Shown in pieces: positions 33,402 to 44,349 of a DNA stretch of 64,000 nt; the first letter of the stretch is position 1; the number at the start of each line of letters is the position of its first letter. Origin of the DNA: Truepera sp. (lineage in GTDB: Bacteria > Deinococcota > Deinococci > Deinococcales > Trueperaceae); contig CBDCKW010000009.1 of NCBI GenBank assembly GCA_965218435.1, positions 928,001 through 992,000 on the forward strand, written 5' to 3'. The notes beneath the pieces are model-generated. The model was not told the DNA's origin. It did no database searches and saw only the letters and a program-made list of their open reading frames with translations. The position numbers and the translations under genes were made by a program.

Positions 33402-35901
33402 GCTCAGTGGATTCTGGAAGGCGACATCAAAGCTTGCTTTGACACCATCAACCACGAATGGATGCTCAACCATTGATGTTCACCCGATAAAACGGAGACC
33501 GAGTTAAGCCTCTGATGCACAATGGAGGCGATATGAAAGAACGTAGGGTCTACACGGCGGAATTCAAGCGCGAAGCGGTCAGGTTGAGTGAACAAGCGGG
33601 GGTAAGCGTGGCTCAGATCGCCCAGGAACTGGGCGTGTCCGACTACAGCCTTTACAAGTGGCGGAAACAGGCGCGTGAGGGCGGCGAGCTGGCCTTTCCC
33701 GGGAACGGCAAGGTCGCTTTAACCGCCGAGCAGCAAGAGAACGTGCGCTTGAAAAAAGAACTCGAGCGGGTGATACAGGAGCGTGACATCTTAAAAAAAG
33801 CGGTCAAGTTCTTTGCCGGGGAAAGTCGGTGAGGTACACCTTCATCAAGGAACACCGTAACTTTTGGGCCGTCAGCTTGATGGCCGGGGTGTTGGCCGTG
33901 TCGGTCAGCGGCTTCTACGCCTGGTCACGGCGAGGAAAAAGCCAGCGAGTCAGGAGCGAGTCAGGGAGGACGAAACGTTGAGCGAGAAGATCGTGATGTT
34001 CCACTGCGGGAGCCGTTGCACCTACGGCTCGCCGCGCATCCACAAGGACTTACGGGCTGCCGGACACAAGGTCGGGCGCAAGCGCGTCGCCCGTCTGATG
34101 CGCTCAGCAGGCATTAGGGGCAAGACGAAACGAAAGTTCAAGACCACCACGACCTCCCAGCACTCGCGCCCTAAAGCAGCAAATCTCGTTGAGCAGAACT
34201 TCGACGTGGCAACCCCCAACACCCTCTGGGCCAGCGACATCACCTACCTACCCACCGCCGAGGGCTGGTTGTATCTGGCGGTGACGCTCGACCTCTTCAG
34301 CCGCAAAGTCATTGGCTGGGCCTTCTCCGACGGACTCACCGATGACCTCACCCTCTCGGCGTTGACGATGGCGACGCGGCAGCGGCCCGATACGGCGACA
34401 CTGACGCATCATTCAGATAGGGGCAGCCAATATGCCAGTCGTGCTTTTAGGGCCGAGCTCGCAGCCAACCGCATCACACAAAGTATGTCGGGCAAAGGGA
34501 ATTGTTATGACAACGCCGTCGTCGAATCGTTCTTCGCTACTCTGAAAACCGAAGAGGTCGAGGGCGCAAATTACCAGACCCGCCAGCAGGCTAAGACCAG
34601 CATCTTCAGCTACCTAGAGGGTTTCTACAACGCCAAGCGTAGGCACTCCTCTCTGGGGTTTCTATCTCCTGACAATTTTGAACGGGTACACTTCTCTCAA
34701 GCTGCTTAACTACGACTCCATAAAAGCGGGTGAAGATCACATATCCCTAAGTGGCTGAAGGCTGGGTTCATCGATAACAAAGCCCTTTATTCGACGGAAG
34801 CGGGAACGCCGCAAGGTGGTCCTATCTCGCCAACGTTGGCAAATATGACCCTGGACGGTATTGAACACCTGTTAACCCAAAACTTCAAACCAAGAACGGT
34901 AGCTGGTGTTAGAACTAACCTGAAGGTCAATATGATTCGATACGCGGATGACTTCATCATCACGGGAGGCTCTAAGGAGTTACTGGAGAACGAAGTCAAA
35001 CCCCTGCTGACTGACTTTTTGAAAGTCAGAGGGCTGGAACTCTCGCAAGAGAAGACCAAAACCACGCATATCGATGAAGGGTTCGATTTCTTAGGGCAAA
35101 ATATCCGTAAGTACGACGGCAAGCTGTTGATTAAACCGTCAAAAGAGAACGTCAAGGCGTTCTCGGGTAAAGTTCGAGAAATCGTGAAGGGTCGGAAAAC
35201 GGCAACACAAGCCAACGTAGTTAGAGAACTCAATCCAGTGATACGAGGATGGGCTAACTATCATCGGCATGTGGTTGCCAAAGAGACTTTTCGGTCAGTG
35301 GACAGCAAGATTTGGGAAGTTTTATGGCAGTGGTCTAAACGCCGCCATCCCAAAAAGGGTACCCCCTGGGTAAAAGATAAATACTTTGCCTCAGAAGGAA
35401 CCCGGAGATGGGTATTCAGGGCGGATACACGAGAGACCCTGGCGGATGGAAAACCCGTAGTGGTCCGGCTACTTAAGACTGCCGACATACCTATACGGCG
35501 ACACATCAAAATCAAAGGAGATTCAAACCCGTTCGACCCACAGTGGGAAACTTACTTCGAGAGTCGTCAGACCCTGGAGATGAAAGACTCACTAGTCGGA
35601 CGGCCTAAATCCCTTTGGCTACGTCAAGAAGGAATCTGCCCGGTATGCAACGAAAAGCTCACGGAGAAGCGTGGCTGGCACGTCCACCACATCATTCCTT
35701 GGGTAATAAGCAAAGACGACCGGCTCTCCAACTTGATGATGGTCCACCCTAACTGCCATAGGCAGATTCATAGCCCAAGATTCAACGTGGTAACGCCGGT
35801 TCCCAAAAAGGGACTTTGAACAGCCTGAGCCGGATGCGGGGAAACTCGCACGTCCGGTTCTTAGGGGAGGGGATGACAGTAATGTCATCTCCTTACCCGA
35901 C
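33402..35901 (+). mobile_element. ltrA: Group II intron, 5'-truncated; RT/maturase/HNH ORF interrupted by IS3
   Basis: WILEGDIKACFD, GTPQGGPISP, YADD and HNH with CxxC; domain V GAGCCGGATGCGGGGAAACTCGCACGTCCGGTTC; domain VI ends CCCGAC. Confidence 0.93.
33474..34739 (+). mobile_element. IS3 family element (orfA 33533-33832, orfB frameshifted), TSD CAT
   Basis: TG...CA IRs; motifs WASDITY, HSDRGSQY, GNCYDNA. Confidence 0.95.
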
Positions 35902-36498
35902 CTAAAGCCTGTTTCATCCAGGTAAAACAGCTTCAAGCGTCCTTCACTTGCCCCCTTTTTAAGGTATCCAAAGCCGCTTGATGCTTTTTGAGTTCCTCAT
36001 CACTGGGACGCTTCTGAGGCACAAAGCGTCCTTTTTTCCAGCTGTAACCCAGTTCTTTTAGACGTTTACGGATGCCTTCTCGCCCCACCCTTACTTGATA
36101 ATGCTCGACTACCGCCTCGGCAAGCTGGGCGCAGGTCCAGGTTCTCTCCTCGCTTAGCTGCGCTTGCATAAAGCCCTTGATTTCGTCACTGATAATCGCT
36201 TTTTGCCCATGATGTTCGTAGTGATCCGCTAGACCAGCGTATCCTTCGCTTGACCAACGATTCAGCGTCGCTCTCACCATGTTATAGCTCTTACCCACCT
36301 GCTCCGCTATCTCCTTCATGCCTAAGTCTTTGTCTGACAACCTCAGAATCTGTGCCCTTAAACGTACTTTAGAATGGATATAGGCGTTCTGCTCTAACTC
36401 CCTCAGCGCCTCATTCTCTTCTGGGCTCAAGCTTACATAGCGGTTTGCTCGGTTCGCCATTCCTTAATTATTGCTCGTTTTTCGGTTGGTTGTACTTA

Positions 36499-37189
36499 GA
36501 ATCAGCGCGGAAGCGAACGAAGCCGCGAAAGCTTGAGCTATATGAGGTGTTCAACGCTCTGCTGTATGTGGTCAAGACCGGCTGTCAGTGGCGCGCTCTT
36601 CCTAAAGATTACCCTAAGTACGTCACCGTACAACGCTACTTTCGCATTTGGAGTGAAGTGAATGACCAGGGCGAAAGTATCCTCAGTCAGGTCTCAAAAA
36701 CAGGTCGTGCGAGAGCGTATCAGCAGTGGCAGAAAGGCTTGTTTGAACATGGTTAAAGTTGACGCGCAAAGCGTAAAGAATACTGAAATAGCCCAGGTTA
36801 AAGGCTATGACGGCGGCAAAAAGGTGTCAGGGATCAAACGTCATATCGCTGTCGATACGCAGGGCTTACCCCACGCCTTAGCTGTTACGGCTGCCAACGT
36901 GACCGACCGAACCGGGGCAATAGACATGCTGGGAACTGCTCAAGTACAGCTCACAACAGTTAAGATCCTGGTGGACGGAAACTATACAGGCGAGACCTTT
37001 GCCGACTGCCTCAAAGATCTGCTCGCTGCCGACGTTGAAGTTGCCCAACGAAGTGACACGCGCAGCTTCTCCTGGCTAGAAAAGTGCAGGAGGCTTTGGA
37101 AAAACTGTGAGCGGCTCGTCTCTTCAAGTCTTGCCATGATGCAGCTTGCCTTCATCCGACTGCTGCTTAGAAGATTGTAGACGGTTTCT
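36499..37189 (+). pseudogene. IS5 family (IS1031-like) transposase remnant
   Basis: KTGCQWRALP, DAQSVK, GYDGGKKVSGIKRH, RRLWKNCER. Confidence 0.88.
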
Positions 37190-37190
37190 A

Positions 37191-38438
37191 AGCTACCTCT
37201 GCAGAAATAACCTGAGCCTAGTAAAAGATAGAGAAGGCGATGTTGAGCGAAACGCCAACTGCAGCTAAGGCTAAACGCACTGCCTAGGCCAGGGTTCCAA
37301 AAGAAAGATAGTCCTGCGCCTCGAGCCATTCGTACTTGAGCTTACGCCAGAGGATTTCAGCGATGTTGAGCTGTGGGGAGTAGGGGGCAGGGCTTACGTA
37401 TGTTGATTTGTTTCAAAAGCTATCCATGTTTTTAACGTAACTATTGAAGGTGACGTTTTTCTTAATCAGTTCATCTAGGTCAAAAATAGCTGTTTTTACG
37501 CCCTCACTTCTCCAAGCCACTTACGAAGATTGGTACATGCGTAAGCCCTGGGAGTAGGGGGGCAGATAAAACAAGGTTAAGCCACGTTGCTGCCAGTAAG
37601 GACGCCGTTCTTGGACAGCCTTAGCCGTATGCGGTTTAGCATTGTCGAGCACAACCACCGTCTCTTTGCCGATACTGTAGCTGAGTTGCTCGGGCTGTTC
37701 AACGATCAAGGCGCTGTTGACGCTCTTCGTGGTGGTCTCAAAAAGTAGGGTGTTAGCTCTGTTGATTAGGGCAAAACAGTTGAGTCCTTGACCTTGACTG
37801 GTGGGCATAAAGACTTCCTCATCAGCGAACTGCCAGGCGTAAGGCACGCTAGGATTAAGCAAAACACGACACTCATCCCCGTAGTAAAGGTCGATCAAGC
37901 CTTGGTCACTCATCTGTTCGAGCAAGCTTAAGCCTTCGGCTTTAAGCTTGTAGAGCTGCGGACACGGCTCTTTGAGGGGACGTTTTCTGATTCGTTTATA
38001 ACGGCAAGCGTTTTTTTAACATAACGTCTCAAGGTATCGTCGCTAAAAGACTTGCCCAGAACCTGCCCGAGCTCGACTTTCGCAAGACCCAGTTTCTGAC
38101 GATGCTTGGTGACCAGTTCCTTGACTTTTTCCAAATCTGCTTCTTCCAGAATTGGATGGCGTCCCCTGCCAGCACGGGTTTCAAGTCCTGCCAGTCCTTC
38201 TTCTCTATAGCGCTTGAGCCAGTTATTGACCGTGATAGCATGACAAGCTAGCTCAGCAGCAACTTCGCTTGACTTATTTCCTTCACTTTTTAACAGTATT
38301 CCCTTACAGCACTGTCTATAGCTATGTGTCTTTCCCGTTCTATATCCCTGGGTTAGTACTTGCCGCTCCTGTTCACTGAGGGTTATCGTTTTGGTACGTC
38401 CCACGCACTACAGTTTAGGTTATTTCTGCTGGAGTACT
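37191..38438 (-). mobile_element. Second IS630 family element (orfA 37928-38404, orfB), interrupted by a MITE
   Basis: Imperfect IRs containing GCAGAAATAA; TA flanks; motifs GDE, LDNA, LPPYS. Confidence 0.88.
37388..37550. mobile_element. 163-bp MITE with ISAs1-like ends
   Basis: IR CAGGGCTTACGTATG / CATGCGTAAGCCCTG; flanking duplication GGAGTAGGGGG. Confidence 0.85.
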
Positions 38439-38480
38439 TACTTATTTACTTACCTACTTAAATCAGTATGGCCTGCTCAG

Positions 38481-39002
38481 TTACCTGAGTTGACTCTCAA
38501 TGTAGCGTAAAGCCGTAGTTAGGTGATCGGTTTCCGGCTGACTGGTATCAACTTCCAAATAATCGTCGTCCCGAGGTTCTGTGTGGCGTTTCTCGACCTG
38601 TTCCCATCTCACTTCATCCATACCGGGGATGTTGCGTCTCCGCTGCTCGATACGTTGCTGGCGAAGCGCACCATCATTGCAAACACATTCGATCATGACC
38701 GCCTACCGCCTCAAGCCCGTGCTCTGCGGCGAGTGTTCGCCACACCTCACGGGCGGTCTCAATCAAGTTCGCCGCGTCAACAATGACTGAAAGCCCAAAT
38801 TTGAGCTGTTCGTCAGCTAGTGCGCAGGCGACCTCGTAAGCTGCTACGCCGGTTTTTCTTTAGCTAACCCACTCCGCCACATGGCAGCCTCAATAGGGTC
38901 AATGGATAGTATCGGCAGTGACAAAGCGACAGCTAGCTGTTCAGCGAGGGTGCTTTTACCCGAACCGGGGAGTCCAGACATAACGATTAAATGCTTTTGC
39001 AT
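38481..39002 (-). pseudogene. AAA/P-loop kinase, frameshifted by a 7-bp tandem duplication
   Basis: MQKHLIVMSGLPGSGKSTLA; removing one AGGCGGT copy restores the frame. Confidence 0.8.
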
Positions 39003-39375
39003 AGTCTAACCTTAACCAGAATTAGGTCAGCAAGAAAGGGACGAATCCAAACGTCGTAAAAGTGAAAGTCTGCTTAACGTAAGTATTTTTTCCGATTAGG
39101 GAATTGAGTCTATCCGCTTGTGAGCGCACCCGCTCAGCTCGAGCAGCTTCGGCCTCTTGCTAACATTCGAGACTGCAAGCTCCACCGTAAAAGCCACGGT
39201 GTAACACGGACGGCTCCTTGGCGGCAGCTCGCCAAAGCCTATAAGCGCCAGTATCCGACTCAGAAATCTAATCAGAGATCCAAACCGCCGAAGTGAACTG
39301 AAACCGAGGCGGGCCGTCCCTGCCGCGTTATAGTCCACCGGCTAACATCGTCTTACATCAGACGCCAGCCTATAT

Positions 39376-40038
39376 CTAAGCTGCTTCGGCGTCATGGTGA
39401 AGGGCTCGGGCAAGAAGCGCCGCGATCACTGCTGCGAGGAGAGGCGCAACAATATAGGTCATACCCTGGATTTCTTTACCACGCACGAGGTCGCCGACAA
39501 AAAAGACGGTGGCGACGGCCGGATTGAGGATACCGCCGCTGCTGGCTCCGGCAATGGCAATCCCCGTGGTGAGCGCAGTACCGATGGCGAGCGCACTGGC
39601 TGCGGGCGGCGCGTCCATTAAGACAACTCGGGTGACGACGAAGACTAAAAGAGAAATGCCCAACATCTCAAACCACAGCGCGTTGACCTCGGGGTTGGTC
39701 TGCGGCAAGTTGCGGTCCAAGAGACTCCCCAAGCCGAGCGCCGTAAGCGCCCCGACAAGCTGCGCGACGATGTAGAGTAGCCCGGTTCCAACGGCTATCT
39801 GACGAACGCTCATGAGACCGACGGTCACCGCCGGGTTGATATGCGACCCCGACACCTTGCCGATCACGACGACCATGATGAGCAGCACCGCGCCAACAAG
39901 CGCAAACGTCAGCTGCGGGGGCGAGAGCAGGGCGGCCACGACGAGAAAAAAAGTGCCGATCAGTTCAGCTAAAAGGCGCTTAACGAGTGGGGGTTCGGTT
40001 TCTTCGGGCACGGGGCGGACGACAACTTTGTCACTCAC
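39376..40038 (-). CDS. Aquaporin (MIP family)
   Basis: SGSHINPAVT and GILNPA; AELIGTF. Confidence 0.9.
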   Translation of the reverse strand: MSDKVVVRPVPEETEPPLVKRLLAELIGTFFLVVAALLSPPQLTFALVGAVLLIMVVVIGKVSGSHINPAVTVGLMSVRQIAVGTGLLYIVAQLVGALTALGLGSLLDRNLPQTNPEVNALWFEMLGISLLVFVVTRVVLMDAPPAASALAIGTALTTGIAIAGASSGGILNPAVATVFFVGDLVRGKEIQGMTYIVAPLLAAVIAALLARALHHDAEAA

Positions 40039-40132
40039 GAATAACCTTTCAAAATGTAAGAGAATGACGCTGGCGCGGTTAAGAAGTTGAGGCTTGTAAG
40101 TGTTGAGTCAAGCCTCAAGGTTGAAGGTACGC

Positions 40133-41011
40133 TTAAACGGCGTAAGGGTCTTTGGGAGTGCCCGCAGCTGCGCCAAACGCTGCGACGAGTGCGCCGACCA
40201 GGAGTGCAGCGCAGAGGCCCAGAGCAGCGACACCTGAGACGTTCGCCGCTTCCTCAGTCCCTTGCACCACGGTCTGCTGGGTTTGCTCGAGCTGCTGGCT
40301 GAACTGTTGCACCTGCTGGTTGATTTCTTGGTCGGTCAAGTTCGAGTTTTGCGTCAAGAAGTTTTTAAGTTCAGCTTGAGCGTCGGGTGAGGTGAGGCTT
40401 TCGCCCGCTTGAACTCGGTTGACGATGAGCTGTCCTAACTCCTGACCAGCCTGGGCCGGATTTTGCACGCCGTTTTGGTTAAGGAACTGATCAATTTGGC
40501 CTTGAACCGCACTAAAACCCGGAATCTGGCTGAGGGCGTTTGCTGCACCCTGCGCCGAGTCGGGCGCAGCCGTAGCAGCAGCTTGGGTGGTAGCTGAGAC
40601 CGTATTACCGACGAGACTGGTCACGCCGCCGACAAAGCGTCCGAGTGCGGTCGTTAAAAGAAAGACGGTCAGGATCGTCAGCACGCCCCAGGTCAAAACG
40701 CCGTGGATAAAAGCGTCGCTACGGCGCGAGGTGCCCGCTAAATGACCTGCGACCCAACCGCCCAAAAAGAGGGCTAAAAGGTTGGTCACTACGGCGGCGA
40801 TGATCCCACCCGTACCGTAGCCTGAGAGCGGATTTTGATTTGACGTCAGGTCAATACTCTGAAGGCCGATTCCGGCAAACAGCAGGCTGAGCAAAAACGT
40901 GATCATCAGCGCGATCAGTGCGCCTGCAAAGACGGCGCTCCAAGCTGTGTGCCGGAGGGCACCGTGGGTAGCTTCGGGTTGAACGATAACGCGGTCTGCA
41001 CGGTTTTCCAT
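40133..41011 (-). CDS. Membrane protein, Gln-rich C-terminal domain
   Basis: WSAVFAGA, HGVLTW; several TM segments. Confidence 0.8.
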   Translation of the reverse strand: MENRADRVIVQPEATHGALRHTAWSAVFAGALIALMITFLLSLLFAGIGLQSIDLTSNQNPLSGYGTGGIIAAVVTNLLALFLGGWVAGHLAGTSRRSDAFIHGVLTWGVLTILTVFLLTTALGRFVGGVTSLVGNTVSATTQAAATAAPDSAQGAANALSQIPGFSAVQGQIDQFLNQNGVQNPAQAGQELGQLIVNRVQAGESLTSPDAQAELKNFLTQNSNLTDQEINQQVQQFSQQLEQTQQTVVQGTEEAANVSGVAALGLCAALLVGALVAAFGAAAGTPKDPYAV

Positions 41012-41060
41012 AACAACTCCTTTGAAGGGGGTGAGCCCTAAAGCTCGAGCTCAAAATGGT

Positions 41061-41807
41061 TTACGCGCGGAGAGTAGCCACGACCTTGATCGTCGGGCCA
41101 CCACGAGCACGTAAAAGTCCGGTGAACGAACGGCGCAGCACGTACCACCGGAGGCTGGTCAGTCCGGTGATAAGGCCGTAGGTTAGGAGGGCAGCGATCA
41201 GGGCGCTTAAGATACCTAACCAGTTCCCGGCGGCTGCGCCGAACAAAAAGCCTAAGGTTATGCTCAGGGTAAGCGGTAAGGTAAGAAGAAAAACCCGTTC
41301 CCAGTCCTCTAGTTCGGTCTGCTGCTCGTCTATAGCCGCGCCGATATAGGCGTAAGCCAAAGCACCGGCAGCGATAAGAAAAATACCGGGTAAGAGGCCG
41401 AGGAGAAAAACGCTCAGTACGTTGAGGTCGGCAGCGCCACGCGCTAAGCGCGCAAAGAGGACGATGATAAGGCTTGTGTAAAGGCCAGCTACTGCGCCGC
41501 TTAGCGCGGCCCTGAGGAGAACCTCCCGGGTAAGCAGCCTCGACTCGGTCTGACCGGGCTCGAGCATTTTGCCACGCGCCCGGTAGCTGAGCAGCACTTC
41601 GTAAAGCGCCACGACGAGCAGCACCGCGAGAAACGTCAGCACGCTTACAAAAATCAAACGTCCCCCTGCAAACGGACGGGCTGCATTTGCGCGTAGCACC
41701 ACGCCAAAGACAAAGCCGCTGACGATAAGCGAGACGAGCGCCATACTTACGCCGACGACCGCGCCGACCAGGTAGTCCCAAACTATTCTCGGTAACAAGT
41801 TTTTCAT
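41061..41807 (-). CDS. Hypothetical multi-TM protein
   Basis: Hydrophobic 248-aa ORF within the operon; RBS present. Confidence 0.7.
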   Translation of the reverse strand: MKNLLPRIVWDYLVGAVVGVSMALVSLIVSGFVFGVVLRANAARPFAGGRLIFVSVLTFLAVLLVVALYEVLLSYRARGKMLEPGQTESRLLTREVLLRAALSGAVAGLYTSLIIVLFARLARGAADLNVLSVFLLGLLPGIFLIAAGALAYAYIGAAIDEQQTELEDWERVFLLTLPLTLSITLGFLFGAAAGNWLGILSALIAALLTYGLITGLTSLRWYVLRRSFTGLLRARGGPTIKVVATLRA

Positions 41808-41828
41808 GCTGCCCCCTAAGGTTTGTAG

Positions 41829-42305
41829 CTAGCGGCGGCTTAAAAAGCGGCGCGCCGCGAACATCGCTAGTCCCATAAGCGCCCGCTTACCGGCGGGGCT
41901 GGCGAGCGGGCTGTTACCACCTAACAGACTCGAGAGCAGGTTCGGGTCTTGCTGGGCGGCTTGCCGGGTCATCCGGCCAAGTTCACGGGGTGAGGCGGCC
42001 TGGTCTAAATCTTGACCTTGAGGAAAGCCCTCAAAACTGCGGCTACTGTCACGGTTGGCGTCTCTATACTGCCGTGCGAGTTCGCGCCGCTGCTCGGAGG
42101 ACATGTTGCTAAACGCCTGCTCGTATTCGGCTTCAGCGTTCGGATCGTCAAGGTCGTCGGGGGCGTGCGCCATCATGTCGCGGTAACGCTGCGCCGCCTC
42201 CGCCTGTGAAATGCTGTCCGGGTCTTCTTGGTAGCGCCGCTCGAAATCTCGGTAATCGTTTTCACGACTGCCCTGACCCATAAACTCGCTAAGTTTGTCG
42301 AACAT
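41829..42305 (-). CDS. Hypothetical hydrophilic protein
   Basis: AGGAGG upstream; ORF in operon context. Confidence 0.7.
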   Translation of the reverse strand: MFDKLSEFMGQGSRENDYRDFERRYQEDPDSISQAEAAQRYRDMMAHAPDDLDDPNAEAEYEQAFSNMSSEQRRELARQYRDANRDSSRSFEGFPQGQDLDQAASPRELGRMTRQAAQQDPNLLSSLLGGNSPLASPAGKRALMGLAMFAARRFLSRR

Positions 42306-42324
42306 ACCTGCCCTCCTAAGGGGT

Positions 42325-42654
42325 TTAAGCCGTACGACTGCCTTGACTGCGTTGACGCTGAGGTTCGGACAGCCTGTAGGTGAACATCCGTGAAAGCATC
42401 CAGAGGTGGTCACGCATTACCCCGAGCGCGTGGACACTTAACGCGTTGGTGGCAAAGCAATCGGTCAAGACCTCGAGGTTTTCTCGGACTAGGCGGTAGG
42501 TCTTGTCGCTCGTCTGCTTGCGGTAGGTAGGTAAAAGCGCGTGAAGTTCAGCAATGAGATTTTGAATTTCGGCACCATACCGCTGCGCCAGCGTGACCTC
42601 TAAGTCGAGTATTTGGTTCTCATTACCGGCTTTATATGCTGGGTTATAACGCAT
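42325..42654 (-). CDS. Hypothetical protein
   Basis: GGAGGT RBS; operon context. Confidence 0.6.
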   Translation of the reverse strand: MRYNPAYKAGNENQILDLEVTLAQRYGAEIQNLIAELHALLPTYRKQTSDKTYRLVRENLEVLTDCFATNALSVHALGVMRDHLWMLSRMFTYRLSEPQRQRSQGSRTA

Positions 42655-42703
42655 ATCACCTCCTCTGTCACGTCACTAGTCGTTGGGTTTGGCCGCTTGA
42701 CGC

Positions 42704-43354
42704 CTAATCTCTACTTCTTCTGACCTCGACCGTTTCGCGCCGGAGGGTGACCTGTTGCGGGTCGCGGCGCTCGCTGCGCGCCTTGGAAATCCGCACTTCT
42801 TCGACGAGCATAAGCTGTTTGCTGACGACTAAAATCTCTTCAAAAAGGGGAACGATCATCGTGTCGCCATCAAAACGTACCGGGGCCGCTTCGCTGACAA
42901 GCCGATTGACGCTGACCCGCTCGATCTCGACGCGCTCTTGTTGCAGCGGGAGGTCAACCGTTTCTTGGCGCTCTACGACCCGTTTGCTGAGCTGCACCAC
43001 GCCCTTGGTGACGCTGCGTTTGCCGATCTGTAAGGTTTCTTCGACAACCGGGATCACGGTATCTTCAGATGCCTCTGCTCGGGAGCTTCTGGCGTAATCG
43101 CGGAGGTTAACGCTCAGCTTAAAGCGCCCCTCACCAGCAGGAACCAGCAGGTTCCTGGACACGAGAAACTGGGTGCCGTCGGTGAGCTGCAAAATAAGCT
43201 GCGGGTCGGTCTCATTACCCTCGGCAGTTTTTAACCACGCCTTAAAGGTTAAGCCGCTCGCATCGGCAATAACGACTGCTTCTGCTCCGTTCACGCGTAT
43301 CCTCTCGAGTGTTTGGCTTTGTTTGCTCAAAGCTAGATGACCTGCCGTTTTCAC
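42704..43354 (-). CDS. YsnF/AvaK (DUF2382) domain protein
   Basis: IPVVEETLQIGKR..ERVEIERV..EEVRI. Confidence 0.85.
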   Translation of the reverse strand: MKTAGHLALSKQSQTLERIRVNGAEAVVIADASGLTFKAWLKTAEGNETDPQLILQLTDGTQFLVSRNLLVPAGEGRFKLSVNLRDYARSSRAEASEDTVIPVVEETLQIGKRSVTKGVVQLSKRVVERQETVDLPLQQERVEIERVSVNRLVSEAAPVRFDGDTMIVPLFEEILVVSKQLMLVEEVRISKARSERRDPQQVTLRRETVEVRRSRD

Positions 43355-43382
43355 ACCGGGCTGCTACGCCTTTAAGCCAAGT

Positions 43383-44243
43383 TCAGCTTTTGCCGCGTAG
43401 CCGGTCCCAAGCGTTTTTGACGCTGCTCTGCGCTTGTTCCCAGGTGCCTTTATCTTGGTTGTTGCTCTCCCAGTTGGTTTTCGCGTCGCCCTCGACTTCG
43501 TGCCACTCGCGGCCCTGATACTTCGGGTCGGACGCCAGTGATTCGCCGTAGCTCGAGCCGAGTTCTTCAATCTCTACGTCGGCGCGGCGCACCGTGTCCC
43601 GCACGGTTTCGGTGCGATTTTCCACCTCTTTACCGACGACGACTTCTTCGACGACCCGTGCTTCTTTGGCAACGACCGCTTCTTCGTCGGTTTCGGTTAG
43701 TTCAATGGTCTTTTCAGAGAAGAGGTCGTCGGTGTCGGCGACGCTGCGGTTGACGGTCTGCCGGTCAACATGGATTGTTTCGTCGCGGAGCGTGACCTGG
43801 GCTTCGACCTCGCGTTCAGATACGACCCGCTTGACCCGCACCCCGCCGCGCTCGACCTCGCGTTTGCCGACCTGCAGCTGTTCTTCAACGACCTCGAGGC
43901 GCTGCTCACCGTCTGCCGCTACCCCTGCTTGGCTGTCACCGGCGGCGTACTGAGCCTCGTCACGGTCGGCTGCGGGATAGTAACGGTTCATAATCTCGAT
44001 GGCGTCGTCGGTTTTGTCGTCGTCGGCCTGAACCACGACGATGGCACCCTCCCGGGTCACACTCGCGGCGTAGGTGCGGGCGTCGTCAGGCTCAATCCCG
44101 GCGCTAGAAAGCTGGGTTTCTAAGTTTTTGCCGTCGCCGTCATAGCGGGTGACCGCGCTGCTGCTAAAGCCGCTACTCGTCAGGTCACTGATCACTTCAT
44201 CAGCGACGCTGACACTTTCAAACACACCCATCACGTTGTTCAT
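43383..44243 (-). CDS. YsnF/AvaK (DUF2382) domain protein
   Basis: EEQLQVGKREVERGGVRV..TVRRADVEIE. Confidence 0.88.
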   Translation of the reverse strand: MNNVMGVFESVSVADEVISDLTSSGFSSSAVTRYDGDGKNLETQLSSAGIEPDDARTYAASVTREGAIVVVQADDDKTDDAIEIMNRYYPAADRDEAQYAAGDSQAGVAADGEQRLEVVEEQLQVGKREVERGGVRVKRVVSEREVEAQVTLRDETIHVDRQTVNRSVADTDDLFSEKTIELTETDEEAVVAKEARVVEEVVVGKEVENRTETVRDTVRRADVEIEELGSSYGESLASDPKYQGREWHEVEGDAKTNWESNNQDKGTWEQAQSSVKNAWDRLRGKS

Positions 44244-44349
44244 TTTGATCTCCTCTAAACTAAGCTGAACTAAAAAGTCGAGTGAGGGTGTCGCCCTGCC
44301 TTCCGAGTAGTCTTAGGAGCTAGGGCGAGCCCCGGTTGCCGTCAGGACC

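Larger units (their letters stand above)
33179..36496 (-). mobile_element. IS630 family element, interrupted by a group II intron and internally deleted
   Basis: IR AGTACAACCAACC with TA flanks; orfA 35933-36460, YLDETGF, and C-terminal LPPYSPHLNPIE at ~33195-33400. Confidence 0.88.

Noticed and set aside
34836..35819. Retron, DGR or defence-associated RT
   Set aside because: Maturase, HNH and canonical domains V/VI identify a group II intron.
33044..37189. Fourth nesting level (IS630 inside one IS5)
   Set aside because: The left flank (MYKRNELSAK..., end CTACCCGGACAAAA) looks like a different IS start rather than the IS5 N-terminus, so it is unresolved.
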